From a virus: a DNA stretch of 64,000 nucleotides. Below the pieces are notes generated by a model. It was not told the DNA's origin. It was given only the letters and a program-made list of their open reading frames with translations, and did no database searches. The position numbers were made by a program, and so were the translations under genes. The stretch covers positions 1 through 64,000 of IMG/VR virus record IMGVR_UViG_3300028608_000012, one strand, 5' to 3'. Below, piece by piece: positions 47,227-55,978 of this stretch (positions are counted from its first letter, which is position 1; each line of letters begins with the position of its first letter).

Positions 47227-48083
47227 GTCAAGTCATCACATTCGGCAGCACGGTGCTGGAAGGAAGTGGTAAACGTGGCATTCTGAAGCCGATGGAGCCT
47301 AACAGCCCCTACTACCTGATGAATGCCGGTGGGTTCAACATTCAGAACCGCGCTGGTGTGGGTTACCGACTCAATGACTATGTCAAAGAGTGCATGTCGC
47401 CTGACAGCGATCTAAACCGTCGGGCATCCGAAGGTCAACTCTGGTGCGAGTTGGGTCATCCGCCGCAGTACTTCTGGGAACGTCAAGGTGGTCGGATCAT
47501 TCAGACTCCGATCACAGACCTCTACCAGTGGATCCACCGCCTGCGCACGGTGTTGGAACCGAACGTCTGTGGGTCGATCCGCAAGATTCACTGGATCTTC
47601 ACCGGTGGCGATCGCGATCCTGTGCACAACAAAGTAGAGATCCGTTCATTCGGTCCTCTCAAAGATGTGTTCCAGGACAGCCTCGAAGACCCGGACATGA
47701 ACACGGCGATTTCCATCCGTACGGTGACCAAGCCGCAACAGATGGGTGACCGTAACCGTGAGGTGGAATACTTCACCGGTTATGACGTGGTGATGGAGCA
47801 GGGTATGTTGAATGCCTGTAAGCACCGCACTGCTGGTCTGGAAGACTTCTTGTCTTCTGCGCTGTACGACCCAACCCCGGCTGAAGTTGTAGCCACGGTT
47901 GACGAGTTCCTGTTCATGTGCAAGCAAACGGTAAACAACGAAGCAGCCCAGGCTCGCTTTGCTGGTACTGAAAGCTTTGCTCACGTTTCGAAGATGATTC
48001 GTGAAGTAGAGCAACGCCTTCGTGGTCAACACGGCAAGAAGGTGCAGGTCGTTCGCTCCAGCGCTTTGTCTGTTTTCAAATAA
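47223..48083 (+). CDS. Prohead maturation protease (phiKZ gp175-like)
   Basis: ELGHP (His), ISIRT (Ser) and YDVV motifs; C-terminal AGLE and AGTE candidate autocleavage sites. Confidence 0.85.
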   Translation: MSQVITFGSTVLEGSGKRGILKPMEPNSPYYLMNAGGFNIQNRAGVGYRLNDYVKECMSPDSDLNRRASEGQLWCELGHPPQYFWERQGGRIIQTPITDLYQWIHRLRTVLEPNVCGSIRKIHWIFTGGDRDPVHNKVEIRSFGPLKDVFQDSLEDPDMNTAISIRTVTKPQQMGDRNREVEYFTGYDVVMEQGMLNACKHRTAGLEDFLSSALYDPTPAEVVATVDEFLFMCKQTVNNEAAQARFAGTESFAHVSKMIREVEQRLRGQHGKKVQVVRSSALSVFK

Positions 48084-48092
48084 GACACCCAT

Positions 48093-48134
48093 TAACTCCT
48101 ACTAGGGGCATCCCTAGTAGGAGTTATATTTATT
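48093..48134 (+). terminator. Intrinsic terminator
   Basis: 15-bp stem TAACTCCTACTAGGG/CCCTAGTAGGAGTTA then TATTTATT. Confidence 0.75.
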
Positions 48135-48195
48135 CACGGGTTCACCATACCTATAGCCATTAGTGCATTTTGCCATAGACCAAGAGGAAGAAGTA

Positions 48196-49092
48196 ATGGA
48201 TACTCAATCTCGTGCTGCTGTTCAGCTGTTGGAAACTCTGTCGTTCGTTAACACGCTGCGCGAAACCACGGGCGGCATCAACGTTCTGCACGCTCTGCTG
48301 GAAACCTCGTCCAAAGAGTGGGATAACTCCAAGGACGCCAACACTGACAACCACCTGATCAAAGGTGTACACGTCAATAGCAAGAAGACCGACGCTATTC
48401 ACGTTTACATCGCCAAGATCGTAGCCCAGCACATGCGTTCTGTGGGCAACCGTCTGACGGCCTGGACCAAAGGTACCATCGCTTCCGAAAACCACACCAA
48501 CGTCGCTGTGTCCAACCGTGTGGCCACTGCTGACTTCACCAGCCACGAACAACTGTTCAAAATGGTCGCCGGGCGCCTGTTGGGTTACGACGATGCGCTG
48601 ATCGATATTGCGTTGGCTACTACTCCGCGTCTTCAGGCAGAAGCACTGGTCGCTTACCTGGCCACTCGCTACGACCTGTCGGAAGATCGTGACGCTGCTC
48701 TGGCCGGTTACACCAACGCCATCGACTTCGTTGAAGTCATGCTGGAGAAGCAAGGTTTCAACAACGACTACTTCCTGAAAACCACTGGTCAGGTGATCGC
48801 GTACTACAAGACCCCTGTCAGCGAAGGTGGTAGCCATCTGAGCGATCCACTGGACCTGCTGGACATGCTGGCCACCGACGGCGAGTTCGATACTCTGGGC
48901 GAGGCAGCCGCATTGCTGGGCGTACAAGTTCACACCGTTATCATCGACAAGGATGATCCGGATCCTGCCAGCACCATCGCTGAGCTGCGCAAGGTCTACG
49001 GCGAGCACGTGAAGATCGTCACCCCTACCGGTGAAGTGGACCTGAGCAAAAACGAAGCCGTTGTGGTTCAAGTCGGAACCGCGGCAGAGTAA
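48196..49092 (+). CDS. Hypothetical protein with high-expression codon bias
   Basis: Start reassigned to ATG 48196 (GAGGA RBS); 298 aa. Confidence 0.8.
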   Translation: MDTQSRAAVQLLETLSFVNTLRETTGGINVLHALLETSSKEWDNSKDANTDNHLIKGVHVNSKKTDAIHVYIAKIVAQHMRSVGNRLTAWTKGTIASENHTNVAVSNRVATADFTSHEQLFKMVAGRLLGYDDALIDIALATTPRLQAEALVAYLATRYDLSEDRDAALAGYTNAIDFVEVMLEKQGFNNDYFLKTTGQVIAYYKTPVSEGGSHLSDPLDLLDMLATDGEFDTLGEAAALLGVQVHTVIIDKDDPDPASTIAELRKVYGEHVKIVTPTGEVDLSKNEAVVVQVGTAAE

Positions 49093-49119
49093 CCGTCCGG
49101 TCTGTTGTTTGGGTTAGAA

Positions 49120-49140
49120 TATTTCAAGCCTATATTACTA
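49120..49140 (+). promoter_or_regulatory. Early promoter (TATATTAC at 49131-49138)
   Basis: TTTCAAGCC-TATATTAC, about 97 nt upstream of the ORF at 49236. Confidence 0.7.
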
Positions 49141-49235
49141 TCCCGAGCAACAGACTTACCGTCTGGGGGGACGTGGACACCACCTCTTCTTGCTTCCTAA
49201 TTTCTCAACAACCATAATCACTCACGAGGTTTACA

Positions 49236-49676
49236 ATGAGCTTGAATAAAGAATACACCGCAGCACAAGACGCAGCCGTTAAAGAACTGGTGGAAAACGT
49301 CACTTACAACAAGGCCACCAACCACGCTACGTTCGATGCTACGAAACTGGAACTGCCGGAAGACATCACTCCGGAGTCGATGCAGGCTCACGTCTCTTAC
49401 ATCAATCAGCTGTCTGGCCAGGTTGAAGTTGCCACCGCACAAGTAGCGCGTGATCAATTCGCTGAAAACGACAAGCTGACCACCATCGACGGCACTCTGG
49501 ACTTCGGCGGTTTCACCATCAATTCCCAGCACCACCTGCAACAGCAAGTGGGCGATGATCACCTGTACGGCGTGTCGACCACCGCGATCGACTACTACCA
49601 CAGCGAAGAACAAACTGACTGGTTGCAAGAGCACCGCGACCAACACGTATCGCTGGCCACCAAGCTGTTCGGCTAA
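49236..49676 (+). CDS. Acidic hypothetical protein, probably abundant
   Basis: 146 aa; GAGGT RBS; own promoter and terminator. Confidence 0.85.
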   Translation: MSLNKEYTAAQDAAVKELVENVTYNKATNHATFDATKLELPEDITPESMQAHVSYINQLSGQVEVATAQVARDQFAENDKLTTIDGTLDFGGFTINSQHHLQQQVGDDHLYGVSTTAIDYYHSEEQTDWLQEHRDQHVSLATKLFG

Positions 49677-49692
49677 TATTCCGCAGTAGTAA

Positions 49693-49746
49693 GGATGACT
49701 AGGGAGCGATCCTTAGTCATCCACTATTACGCATTTTTGTTTTTTG
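49693..49746 (+). terminator. Intrinsic terminator
   Basis: GGATGACTAGGGA-gcga-TCCTTAGTCATCC then a T tract. Confidence 0.7.
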
Positions 49747-49755
49747 GGGTAAAGG

Positions 49756-50070
49756 ATGAAGCCTGACTACGGGAAGTTATATCGCGAGTTAGATAGAACG
49801 GGGTTCTTTACCGACCGTAAGTCCGAAGCGTCTATAAACGGTTTCAGGATAACTTACCAGCTTACGTTTACCATGAAGCCTAATGGCGTTCATATCACCT
49901 GTGCAATACCAGGATACAACCGCAGTAAGGGAAAGATCGCCGTTCCTAATGTGCGTGTTGTGGAGTTCTATTCTGATGGCAGTGCATGGGTCGCTCAACC
50001 GGGTAAGTTAGCCGAAGCAATCCAAGCCGTTGAAACACTTATTGAAGACCGTGAGATACTGGGGACGTAA
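49756..50070 (+). CDS. Hypothetical protein
   Basis: 104 aa. Confidence 0.65.
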   Translation: MKPDYGKLYRELDRTGFFTDRKSEASINGFRITYQLTFTMKPNGVHITCAIPGYNRSKGKIAVPNVRVVEFYSDGSAWVAQPGKLAEAIQAVETLIEDREILGT

Positions 50071-50864
50071 TGGACACGTATACACTTGTAGAGCTGCTTG
50101 TTAAATTGGGGATGTTTACAGCAGCCCGTGACAAGTTTGTGTTGGCTGGGTACTTGATAACACTTTACACCACGCCAGAGTTTGACGGGAATCGGCTGTG
50201 TATCTCCGCTAAGCATCCGGTTATTAAGGGTGGATACACGCCTTGGTACAGTTACGATGGAGAAGCTAGGCATGGTCACTGCTTTCATGTGATAGCGTTT
50301 GACGCTAAGGTGTGTCGCACACTGCTACGCTCGCTTATTGTCACCTGGTACACAGCTACTGAAGTCGACGCGTTAACCAAGCCGGGTACTTACCTGGAGT
50401 TCATTAGCGATGCGTTTACACTAGACCCTTTCTTTAAAGGACACTGGAAAATCATGACGTCTAAAGCACACGAGTTCAACGTAAACGCCTTGGATGACGC
50501 TGAGCGTAATCGCATGAGCGGTCATCACTACAGGCCGACTAAGGGTGAACCTAGTCCCTTCGGCTATCCACCGGCCGGTTGTGAGCACCCATGGACGGTT
50601 TGGCGCCGTAGTCACTTCTCCACTCCGGTGGGTGTCAAGGGTAATGAACCGCGTCTCAAGCTGATCGATGTACTGACAAGTGAACCGTTGCGTAAGTTGG
50701 ACATGGTTCATGAGTTAACCGGTCTTGAGATGGAGGACGGTCACGGTCATCTTACACTGGCGTGGGTTATCTGTATGTACTACAACTTCGGCTCTAAGTC
50801 CTGGGCTGACATTCACCAGGTCGGTGTTAACCGCATCAATTTCTATCGCAATATCCAGGAGTAG
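50070..50864 (+). CDS. Hypothetical protein
   Basis: 264 aa; TAATG coupling. Confidence 0.75.
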   Translation: MDTYTLVELLVKLGMFTAARDKFVLAGYLITLYTTPEFDGNRLCISAKHPVIKGGYTPWYSYDGEARHGHCFHVIAFDAKVCRTLLRSLIVTWYTATEVDALTKPGTYLEFISDAFTLDPFFKGHWKIMTSKAHEFNVNALDDAERNRMSGHHYRPTKGEPSPFGYPPAGCEHPWTVWRRSHFSTPVGVKGNEPRLKLIDVLTSEPLRKLDMVHELTGLEMEDGHGHLTLAWVICMYYNFGSKSWADIHQVGVNRINFYRNIQE

Positions 50865-50872
50865 GGGACTAT

Positions 50873-51253
50873 ATGTCTGTTCTTGAAACAACCGATATCT
50901 TCGAGGAACGTTCTACTTTGTGGCGTGCAATTTTGGAATACAACCCCGAATTGCATCAGGGTCTCAAAGTTGAAGAGTTATCTGATAGCGAGATTGACAA
51001 AATCCTAGCGGATAACGCCGATAAACTGGTGTTGCCACAACGCCTGTTGAAATGGAAGTACCATATGCGCGATAAGCAGCCAGACGGTACGACCAATCCG
51101 TATTACGTTATCCAGGCGATGTACCCTCCGGGCTATCAGCTTACTGAGGAAGATAAGACCTGGCAGGAAAGGAACGACAAAGAAACACAAGCCATGCACG
51201 CCAGCCCTACAGAGGCTGGTTACATCTATCGTTACACTAAACCGGAGCAATAA
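50873..51253 (+). CDS. Hypothetical protein
   Basis: 126 aa; AGGGGA RBS. Confidence 0.75.
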   Translation: MSVLETTDIFEERSTLWRAILEYNPELHQGLKVEELSDSEIDKILADNADKLVLPQRLLKWKYHMRDKQPDGTTNPYYVIQAMYPPGYQLTEEDKTWQERNDKETQAMHASPTEAGYIYRYTKPEQ

Positions 51254-51256
51254 AAC

Positions 51257-52066
51257 ATGCTGTTGAACTCTATCCCTAAAGGCGCTGAATTCACTTACGG
51301 TGTTCACGGTCCATCTCTGGCCGCCATCGTTCCTGACAACGCGTTCACGCTGTTGCCGCAGGAAAAGCTACACACGGCACTGCGTGAACTCGATGCCATC
51401 ACCATGGGCTCCGTGCGCGCTCTGAACGGCAAGTTCGAACTGCTGCGTCAAGGCATTGGCTACATCTTGTTCTACCGCATCATCCAGAACCTCCAGCAAG
51501 ACCGTCCTCAAGTTGTCTTCATGGTCTATCGCCGCAACAAGACCAACAACGAAGGTCGTCTGGCATCCAAGCTGAGCCTGGGCGCCGGTGGTCACATCGA
51601 AGGTTACGACGTCTCGTACCACATGATCAGCGATTCCGGTCTGTTGACTCAGACGCCGCTGATCGACATGGACGAAACCACCGACGACTCCGTCGACCGT
51701 GAAGGTAGCGAAGAAGTCAAGCTGTTCGACAAGAACGGCATGGACGTTACCGACAGTGTTATGGTGGACGCCAAAGAAGCTCGTTTCAACAAAGTCGGTT
51801 TCGTGATGGACAGCAAGCCAGAACACGGCTACGTCGGCAACATCCACTACGGTGTGGTGTACGCCATCGACGCGTCTGAAGCCGTTCGCTTCGACATGGC
51901 TGAACCTCAGAACGACGCCGTTGCCTGGGCAACTGCCGAGGAGCTCAAGAACGCTCCACTGTTCAAAGATCCAGAAGTGCCATTCGAACCATGGTCGCAG
52001 ATGATCGTTGACCAGATCGAAGCGGTTGAAGACTATATCCTGTCGCACTTCGCGCCGGCTGCTTGA
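51257..52066 (+). CDS. Nudix/MutT-family phosphoesterase (COG4112-type)
   Basis: RQGIGY, YRR...EGRL...SLGAGGH, REGSEE, VGNIHYG motifs. Confidence 0.75.
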   Translation: MLLNSIPKGAEFTYGVHGPSLAAIVPDNAFTLLPQEKLHTALRELDAITMGSVRALNGKFELLRQGIGYILFYRIIQNLQQDRPQVVFMVYRRNKTNNEGRLASKLSLGAGGHIEGYDVSYHMISDSGLLTQTPLIDMDETTDDSVDREGSEEVKLFDKNGMDVTDSVMVDAKEARFNKVGFVMDSKPEHGYVGNIHYGVVYAIDASEAVRFDMAEPQNDAVAWATAEELKNAPLFKDPEVPFEPWSQMIVDQIEAVEDYILSHFAPAA

Positions 52067-52073
52067 CTGTAAC

Positions 52074-52109
52074 ACCTTACCCTCTTCGGAGGGTAGGGTT
52101 TATTTTTTT
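52074..52109 (+). terminator. Intrinsic terminator
   Basis: ACCTTACCCTC-TTCG-GAGGGTAGGGT plus a T tract. Confidence 0.8.
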
Positions 52110-52129
52110 GATCGATTAGGAAGTAGTAC

Positions 52130-52783
52130 ATGAAAGGGCAGTTCTGGGTAGTAGACGGTCTTGACGGTTCTGGCAAGACAGGGTTGATGGACAAGATAAA
52201 GGCGTTCCTTACCGATCACCGCATTCCATTTATTTGGTCGCGTGAACCCGGCGGTACTCCGTTTGCGGAGATGTTGCGTGACGGTCTGAAGTTCGGCTTC
52301 TACGGGTTGGGGGATTACGAACTGTCGCCTATGACACAGACCATGCTGTTTAACGCAGCGCGGGTGGATCACATCGAAAAGGTGATCAAGCCACACATGG
52401 CTCAAGGCAAGATCGTACTGTGCGACCGCTACAAGGATTCCACCTTTGCGTACCAGGGTGGCGCTGGCGGTATCAACGCGTCCAAGCTTACAACGATCCA
52501 TGACCTGGTCTGTGGGTTCAACCCAGACATGGTCTTCATGATGGACGGCGATCCAAAGGTATTCGCTGAGCGCATGGCGGGTCGTGGACAACCGGATAAA
52601 CTGGATAAGCTCCAGTTGGATAAGGCTGATGAGATGCGTGACGTTTACCAGTATCGGGCCAGCCTTGAGCCGGACGTATACCGGGTGATTGACGCAACTC
52701 AGAGCGAAGAACAGGTTTGGGCTCAGGTTCTCCCCCATCTGATGGAGAAACTCAATCAACTGAAGCAACGCCCAACGGCGTGA
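52130..52783 (+). CDS. tmk: Thymidylate kinase
   Basis: DGLDGSGKT P-loop, REPGGTP, LCDRY..ST.AYQG. Confidence 0.95.
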   Translation: MKGQFWVVDGLDGSGKTGLMDKIKAFLTDHRIPFIWSREPGGTPFAEMLRDGLKFGFYGLGDYELSPMTQTMLFNAARVDHIEKVIKPHMAQGKIVLCDRYKDSTFAYQGGAGGINASKLTTIHDLVCGFNPDMVFMMDGDPKVFAERMAGRGQPDKLDKLQLDKADEMRDVYQYRASLEPDVYRVIDATQSEEQVWAQVLPHLMEKLNQLKQRPTA

Positions 52784-52805
52784 TCTGCATTAGAGGGAGC
52801 CTGAT

Positions 52806-53450
52806 ATGTGTCTGAAACTCTACCACTATTCACCTTTGCTGTATCCCACGTTGCTAACCAAACGTAAGTCTGGTGCTGCGTCGAAGGAAGAGATCAAACA
52901 GGCTGAGCGTCGTGCTTCCGGTAAAGGACCTGATATGAAGCCGTATGTGGATCATATCTCGTTCTTCTTTGATCCTATTCCTTCGGTGATGTTGTCGCGC
53001 ATCTTTGGCACCAATCACCAGGTATGGTTTACAGGCAGTAAGTTGTATGAGTACACGGTCACCGTAGACTCGCTGTCTGATGACTTCTCGTTTGAAGTGG
53101 TGGAGTCTGCCCAGCGCACTAAGCTGCTGGATGTCTTCTCTGAAAAGCATGACTGGGTTAACGACAATCCAGCCACACTCAAACTGTGGGAAGCACACGA
53201 GATCAAGCACAAGTTGCAGTGGGGCGAGATCGGTCGTGGTAAGCAGGCATTGAAGGTTCAGATGTTGGGAACTGATGGTGATCTGGGCAAGGCTTTCTTG
53301 TCTGCGTACAACCGTCCTGACTTCGAAGATGGGCGTTTTAAATACGCTGCCAATGTACCGCATGTTATGATTTACCCCTCCTCGGGCGAGATCCAATATA
53401 CGGCAGTCGAGCGACTTACCATTGGCAAGAACAAGAGAGACCCCCTATGA
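52806..53450 (+). CDS. Hypothetical protein, possible ADP-ribosyltransferase-like fold
   Basis: 214 aa; LYHYS, HISFF, LYEY.V and PHVMIY strands. Confidence 0.5.
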   Translation: MCLKLYHYSPLLYPTLLTKRKSGAASKEEIKQAERRASGKGPDMKPYVDHISFFFDPIPSVMLSRIFGTNHQVWFTGSKLYEYTVTVDSLSDDFSFEVVESAQRTKLLDVFSEKHDWVNDNPATLKLWEAHEIKHKLQWGEIGRGKQALKVQMLGTDGDLGKAFLSAYNRPDFEDGRFKYAANVPHVMIYPSSGEIQYTAVERLTIGKNKRDPL

Positions 53451-53635
53451 CACCTGATGACGAGATGCGTCAAAGGCTTCACCTGGATGCACTGGGCAAA
53501 GTCTATTCGACCGTACCTCCAGAGCGTCAACCTTGGAGCCCACAAGGCTTGAAGGAAGATCCCAACTTCGTGAAACGTGCTGAACCGCCTAAGCAGTTCG
53601 GTTACGGCATGGAACTGCAGATGCCCAAACGTTAA
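53447..53635 (+). CDS. Small hypothetical protein
   Basis: 62 aa; ATGA overlap. Confidence 0.6.
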   Translation: MTPDDEMRQRLHLDALGKVYSTVPPERQPWSPQGLKEDPNFVKRAEPPKQFGYGMELQMPKR

Positions 53636-53643
53636 CCCGTTAT

Positions 53644-53680
53644 TATTCCTACCTAGCCCTTAACAGGCTAGGTAGGAATA
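53644..53680 (+). terminator. Hairpin preceding the promoter cassette
   Basis: 15-bp stem TATTCCTACCTAGCC/GGCTAGGTAGGAATA. Confidence 0.75.
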
Positions 53681-53744
53681 TTTAAGATACATTGTTTTTC
53701 AGGTCTATATTACTCATGTGATTAAGACAATTAAGTCTTTCATA
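53680..53744 (+). promoter_or_regulatory. Early promoter cassette copy 2 (TATATTAC at 53706-53713)
   Basis: 57/65 nt identical to 8596-8660. Confidence 0.8.
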
Positions 53745-53760
53745 CTCCGGAGTAATAAAC

Positions 53761-54123
53761 ATGTCTCATTTCAACGCTGGCCAGTTCGACGAAATCGTTG
53801 CAGTTGTTAAAGCTAACGAAGGTGTAATCGGTGACGACCACAACAATGGCAACGGCACTATGCAGATCGCCGGTCTTGGCATCTTCCGCAAGCCTGGTGT
53901 ACAGAAAGGGATCGTGGTTCCTCTGTGCCACAGCAAGATTGGTTTCTGTCTGAACCACATGTACCTGGAAGACGGTGCCGTTCGTGTCTCCCGTGACTCG
54001 GTAGGTGGGTTAATCGAAACCGGTAAACACGCCAGCCTGCAAGCCGCAGTTGAAGCATTCAACCGCGACCAGGAACATAACCAGTGGTCCATGGGTGTTC
54101 TTGAACGTGTTGTATATCTGTAA
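53761..54123 (+). CDS. Monocistronic early hypothetical protein
   Basis: 120 aa; GGAG RBS; terminator at about 54140-54172. Confidence 0.8.
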   Translation: MSHFNAGQFDEIVAVVKANEGVIGDDHNNGNGTMQIAGLGIFRKPGVQKGIVVPLCHSKIGFCLNHMYLEDGAVRVSRDSVGGLIETGKHASLQAAVEAFNRDQEHNQWSMGVLERVVYL

Positions 54124-54211
54124 GTAACTGGATTGAAAGGCAGAGGGTAACTCCTCTGTCTTTTATTTTTTGGGGGATTAGGAATATTCCCCTTCATCAA
54201 AGGAGTTAGTT

Positions 54212-54688
54212 ATGCGATTGCTTATTGTGCTGTTATTGGCTTTCTTTGCTTCGGCAGAGTGCACCATCGCCAGTGCAGATATCATGGCTGGGATACCTAA
54301 GGATAAACAAGAAGAGGTACTGCTGAGTTGTGACACGGAAGCTGGCAAGAGTTTGCTGGTACTGCGTGACGCTGCAACGGATACCTTCACGATCCTGTAC
54401 GGTAAGGATTTGGTCCAGCCTGAACAAATAGTAGTCAAACTAGGCAATGACATGGGTACCTCCTACCACCACTCCGCGTCGGAAGCAACCGACTCTCGAG
54501 AGATCTACTCGGCGGATGGTAAACAGTTCACTACCGTGGGCTACATGGATAAGGCAGGCGTCATATCAGCGTATTACAAATTACAGACTGGTGTGACGGT
54601 GTTGATCTCGGATAAGTGTACTGCCAGCAGTGTGAGCAGTGCATTTGACTTCTCTGAGAAATTCTCCAATATGACCGAAGTTGACTAG
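54212..54688 (+). CDS. Exported/periplasmic protein with signal peptide
   Basis: MRLLIVLLLAFFASA N-terminus; AGGAG RBS; Cys residues in the mature part; terminator at about 54692-54734. Confidence 0.75.
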   Translation: MRLLIVLLLAFFASAECTIASADIMAGIPKDKQEEVLLSCDTEAGKSLLVLRDAATDTFTILYGKDLVQPEQIVVKLGNDMGTSYHHSASEATDSREIYSADGKQFTTVGYMDKAGVISAYYKLQTGVTVLISDKCTASSVSSAFDFSEKFSNMTEVD

Positions 54689-54755
54689 GACAGCGGGGAG
54701 GAAACCCTCCCCCCTGCCTCTTCTTTATTTTTTTGCCCTAAAACAGGAGTGCACT

Positions 54756-55490
54756 ATGAACCGCTTCCGTATGGCGGACCGTCAGAACTTCGAACTCTTC
54801 CAAGGTACTCTTAATGTGGTAGGAAACCACTTACCCCTGGACTTTATCTTCCGTATTTTTAACCACATGAAGAAAAACCCAGAAGGTTACGATCATGCAT
54901 GGCTCTACAACGCTCTGTGCGCTACCAAGGACCTCGCACAGTTGCATTCCCTACCTGAGGGTGCTCTTCACGTAATGTACGCTGTAACGATGCTCATGGA
55001 GACTGGCAGGACCTATGATGGTTCTACGCCTACAGATGCAGCCGGTGCCTTTGCCGTAGTCTTCTTGAATGAGCACGCCGACCGTTTCTTCGAAGACGAG
55101 GAAATTGAAACCATCTACAAGGCCTGTCGCCGAGTCAGTGTCATGAACATGCGGCCATCCGTGGACACCACGATTGCTGTGATTGCTAACGAAGTGAGAT
55201 TGTTAACTGACGTCTTTTACCCAGACCCCACAAAGATGGTGGTGGACTTTGTCAGAAACAATTCTACGCCTAATCTTGCCCCCATGGAACCTGATGAATG
55301 GTGTCAAGCTCTGGCGAGAAGTTTTGCCGAACGCTTTGGACGACGTGGAACGGCATGGAAAATGCTGCCCGTAATGGTCCTCAACAACAAGCAGGAGCAG
55401 TTAAGGAACTTCCAAGCATTGGCTGATGACGAGAATTATATCACCGAGCTTGTGAAGAATAACTATAACCGCATTTTTGCTCGTAGGTAA
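54756..55490 (+). CDS. HD-fold-like protein lacking the HD motif
   Basis: Start reassigned to ATG 54756 (AGGAG RBS); helical pattern of an HD domain with LMETG in place of LHDIG. Confidence 0.5.
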   Translation: MNRFRMADRQNFELFQGTLNVVGNHLPLDFIFRIFNHMKKNPEGYDHAWLYNALCATKDLAQLHSLPEGALHVMYAVTMLMETGRTYDGSTPTDAAGAFAVVFLNEHADRFFEDEEIETIYKACRRVSVMNMRPSVDTTIAVIANEVRLLTDVFYPDPTKMVVDFVRNNSTPNLAPMEPDEWCQALARSFAERFGRRGTAWKMLPVMVLNNKQEQLRNFQALADDENYITELVKNNYNRIFARR

Positions 55491-55494
55491 CAGT

Positions 55495-55923
55495 ATGTCA
55501 GAGTTCATCATGAATTTGATAACGGGCGTGATCTGGCTAACCGTTATTCTCTTACTGGTGATCAGGCGAAAGGAGCGCCGTGGATTACTCTACGGTTTGA
55601 CTTTAACCGATGACGGTATGACGTTCTGGTACAGATTAGGAATCTACGCCGGGACGGTAACAATGATTCGTGATGTGTTGGTGAAGGAACCTCAGCTGTC
55701 CGGAAATGTTTTAGGCTGGGTGTGTCGCTTCCCTGTGCGTTACACAAATAAGGAGATGTGTAACTACATTAGGGCCTATGCCCCTCACTGTTCAGACTTA
55801 GAACCCCACTCTCAGGATCTTTGGATCTTTAATGAGGTTGTGAATCGGAACAACAACGCACTGATCAGCATTTATGGTCAGGTATATGTGTTCGACAATC
55901 GCGATGGTAAAGGCTTTTATTAA
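55495..55923 (+). CDS. Membrane-anchored hypothetical protein
   Basis: Start ATG 55495; N-terminal TM followed by RRKERR. Confidence 0.7.
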   Translation: MSEFIMNLITGVIWLTVILLLVIRRKERRGLLYGLTLTDDGMTFWYRLGIYAGTVTMIRDVLVKEPQLSGNVLGWVCRFPVRYTNKEMCNYIRAYAPHCSDLEPHSQDLWIFNEVVNRNNNALISIYGQVYVFDNRDGKGFY

Positions 55924-55931
55924 GTTGCAGC

Positions 55932-55971
55932 TATAACCCCTCCCAGCCTTTGCGGGCTGGGAGGGGTTATA
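55932..55971. terminator. Hairpin between convergent genes
   Basis: 17-bp perfect stem, TTTGCG loop. Confidence 0.8.
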
Positions 55972-55978
55972 TTCATGC

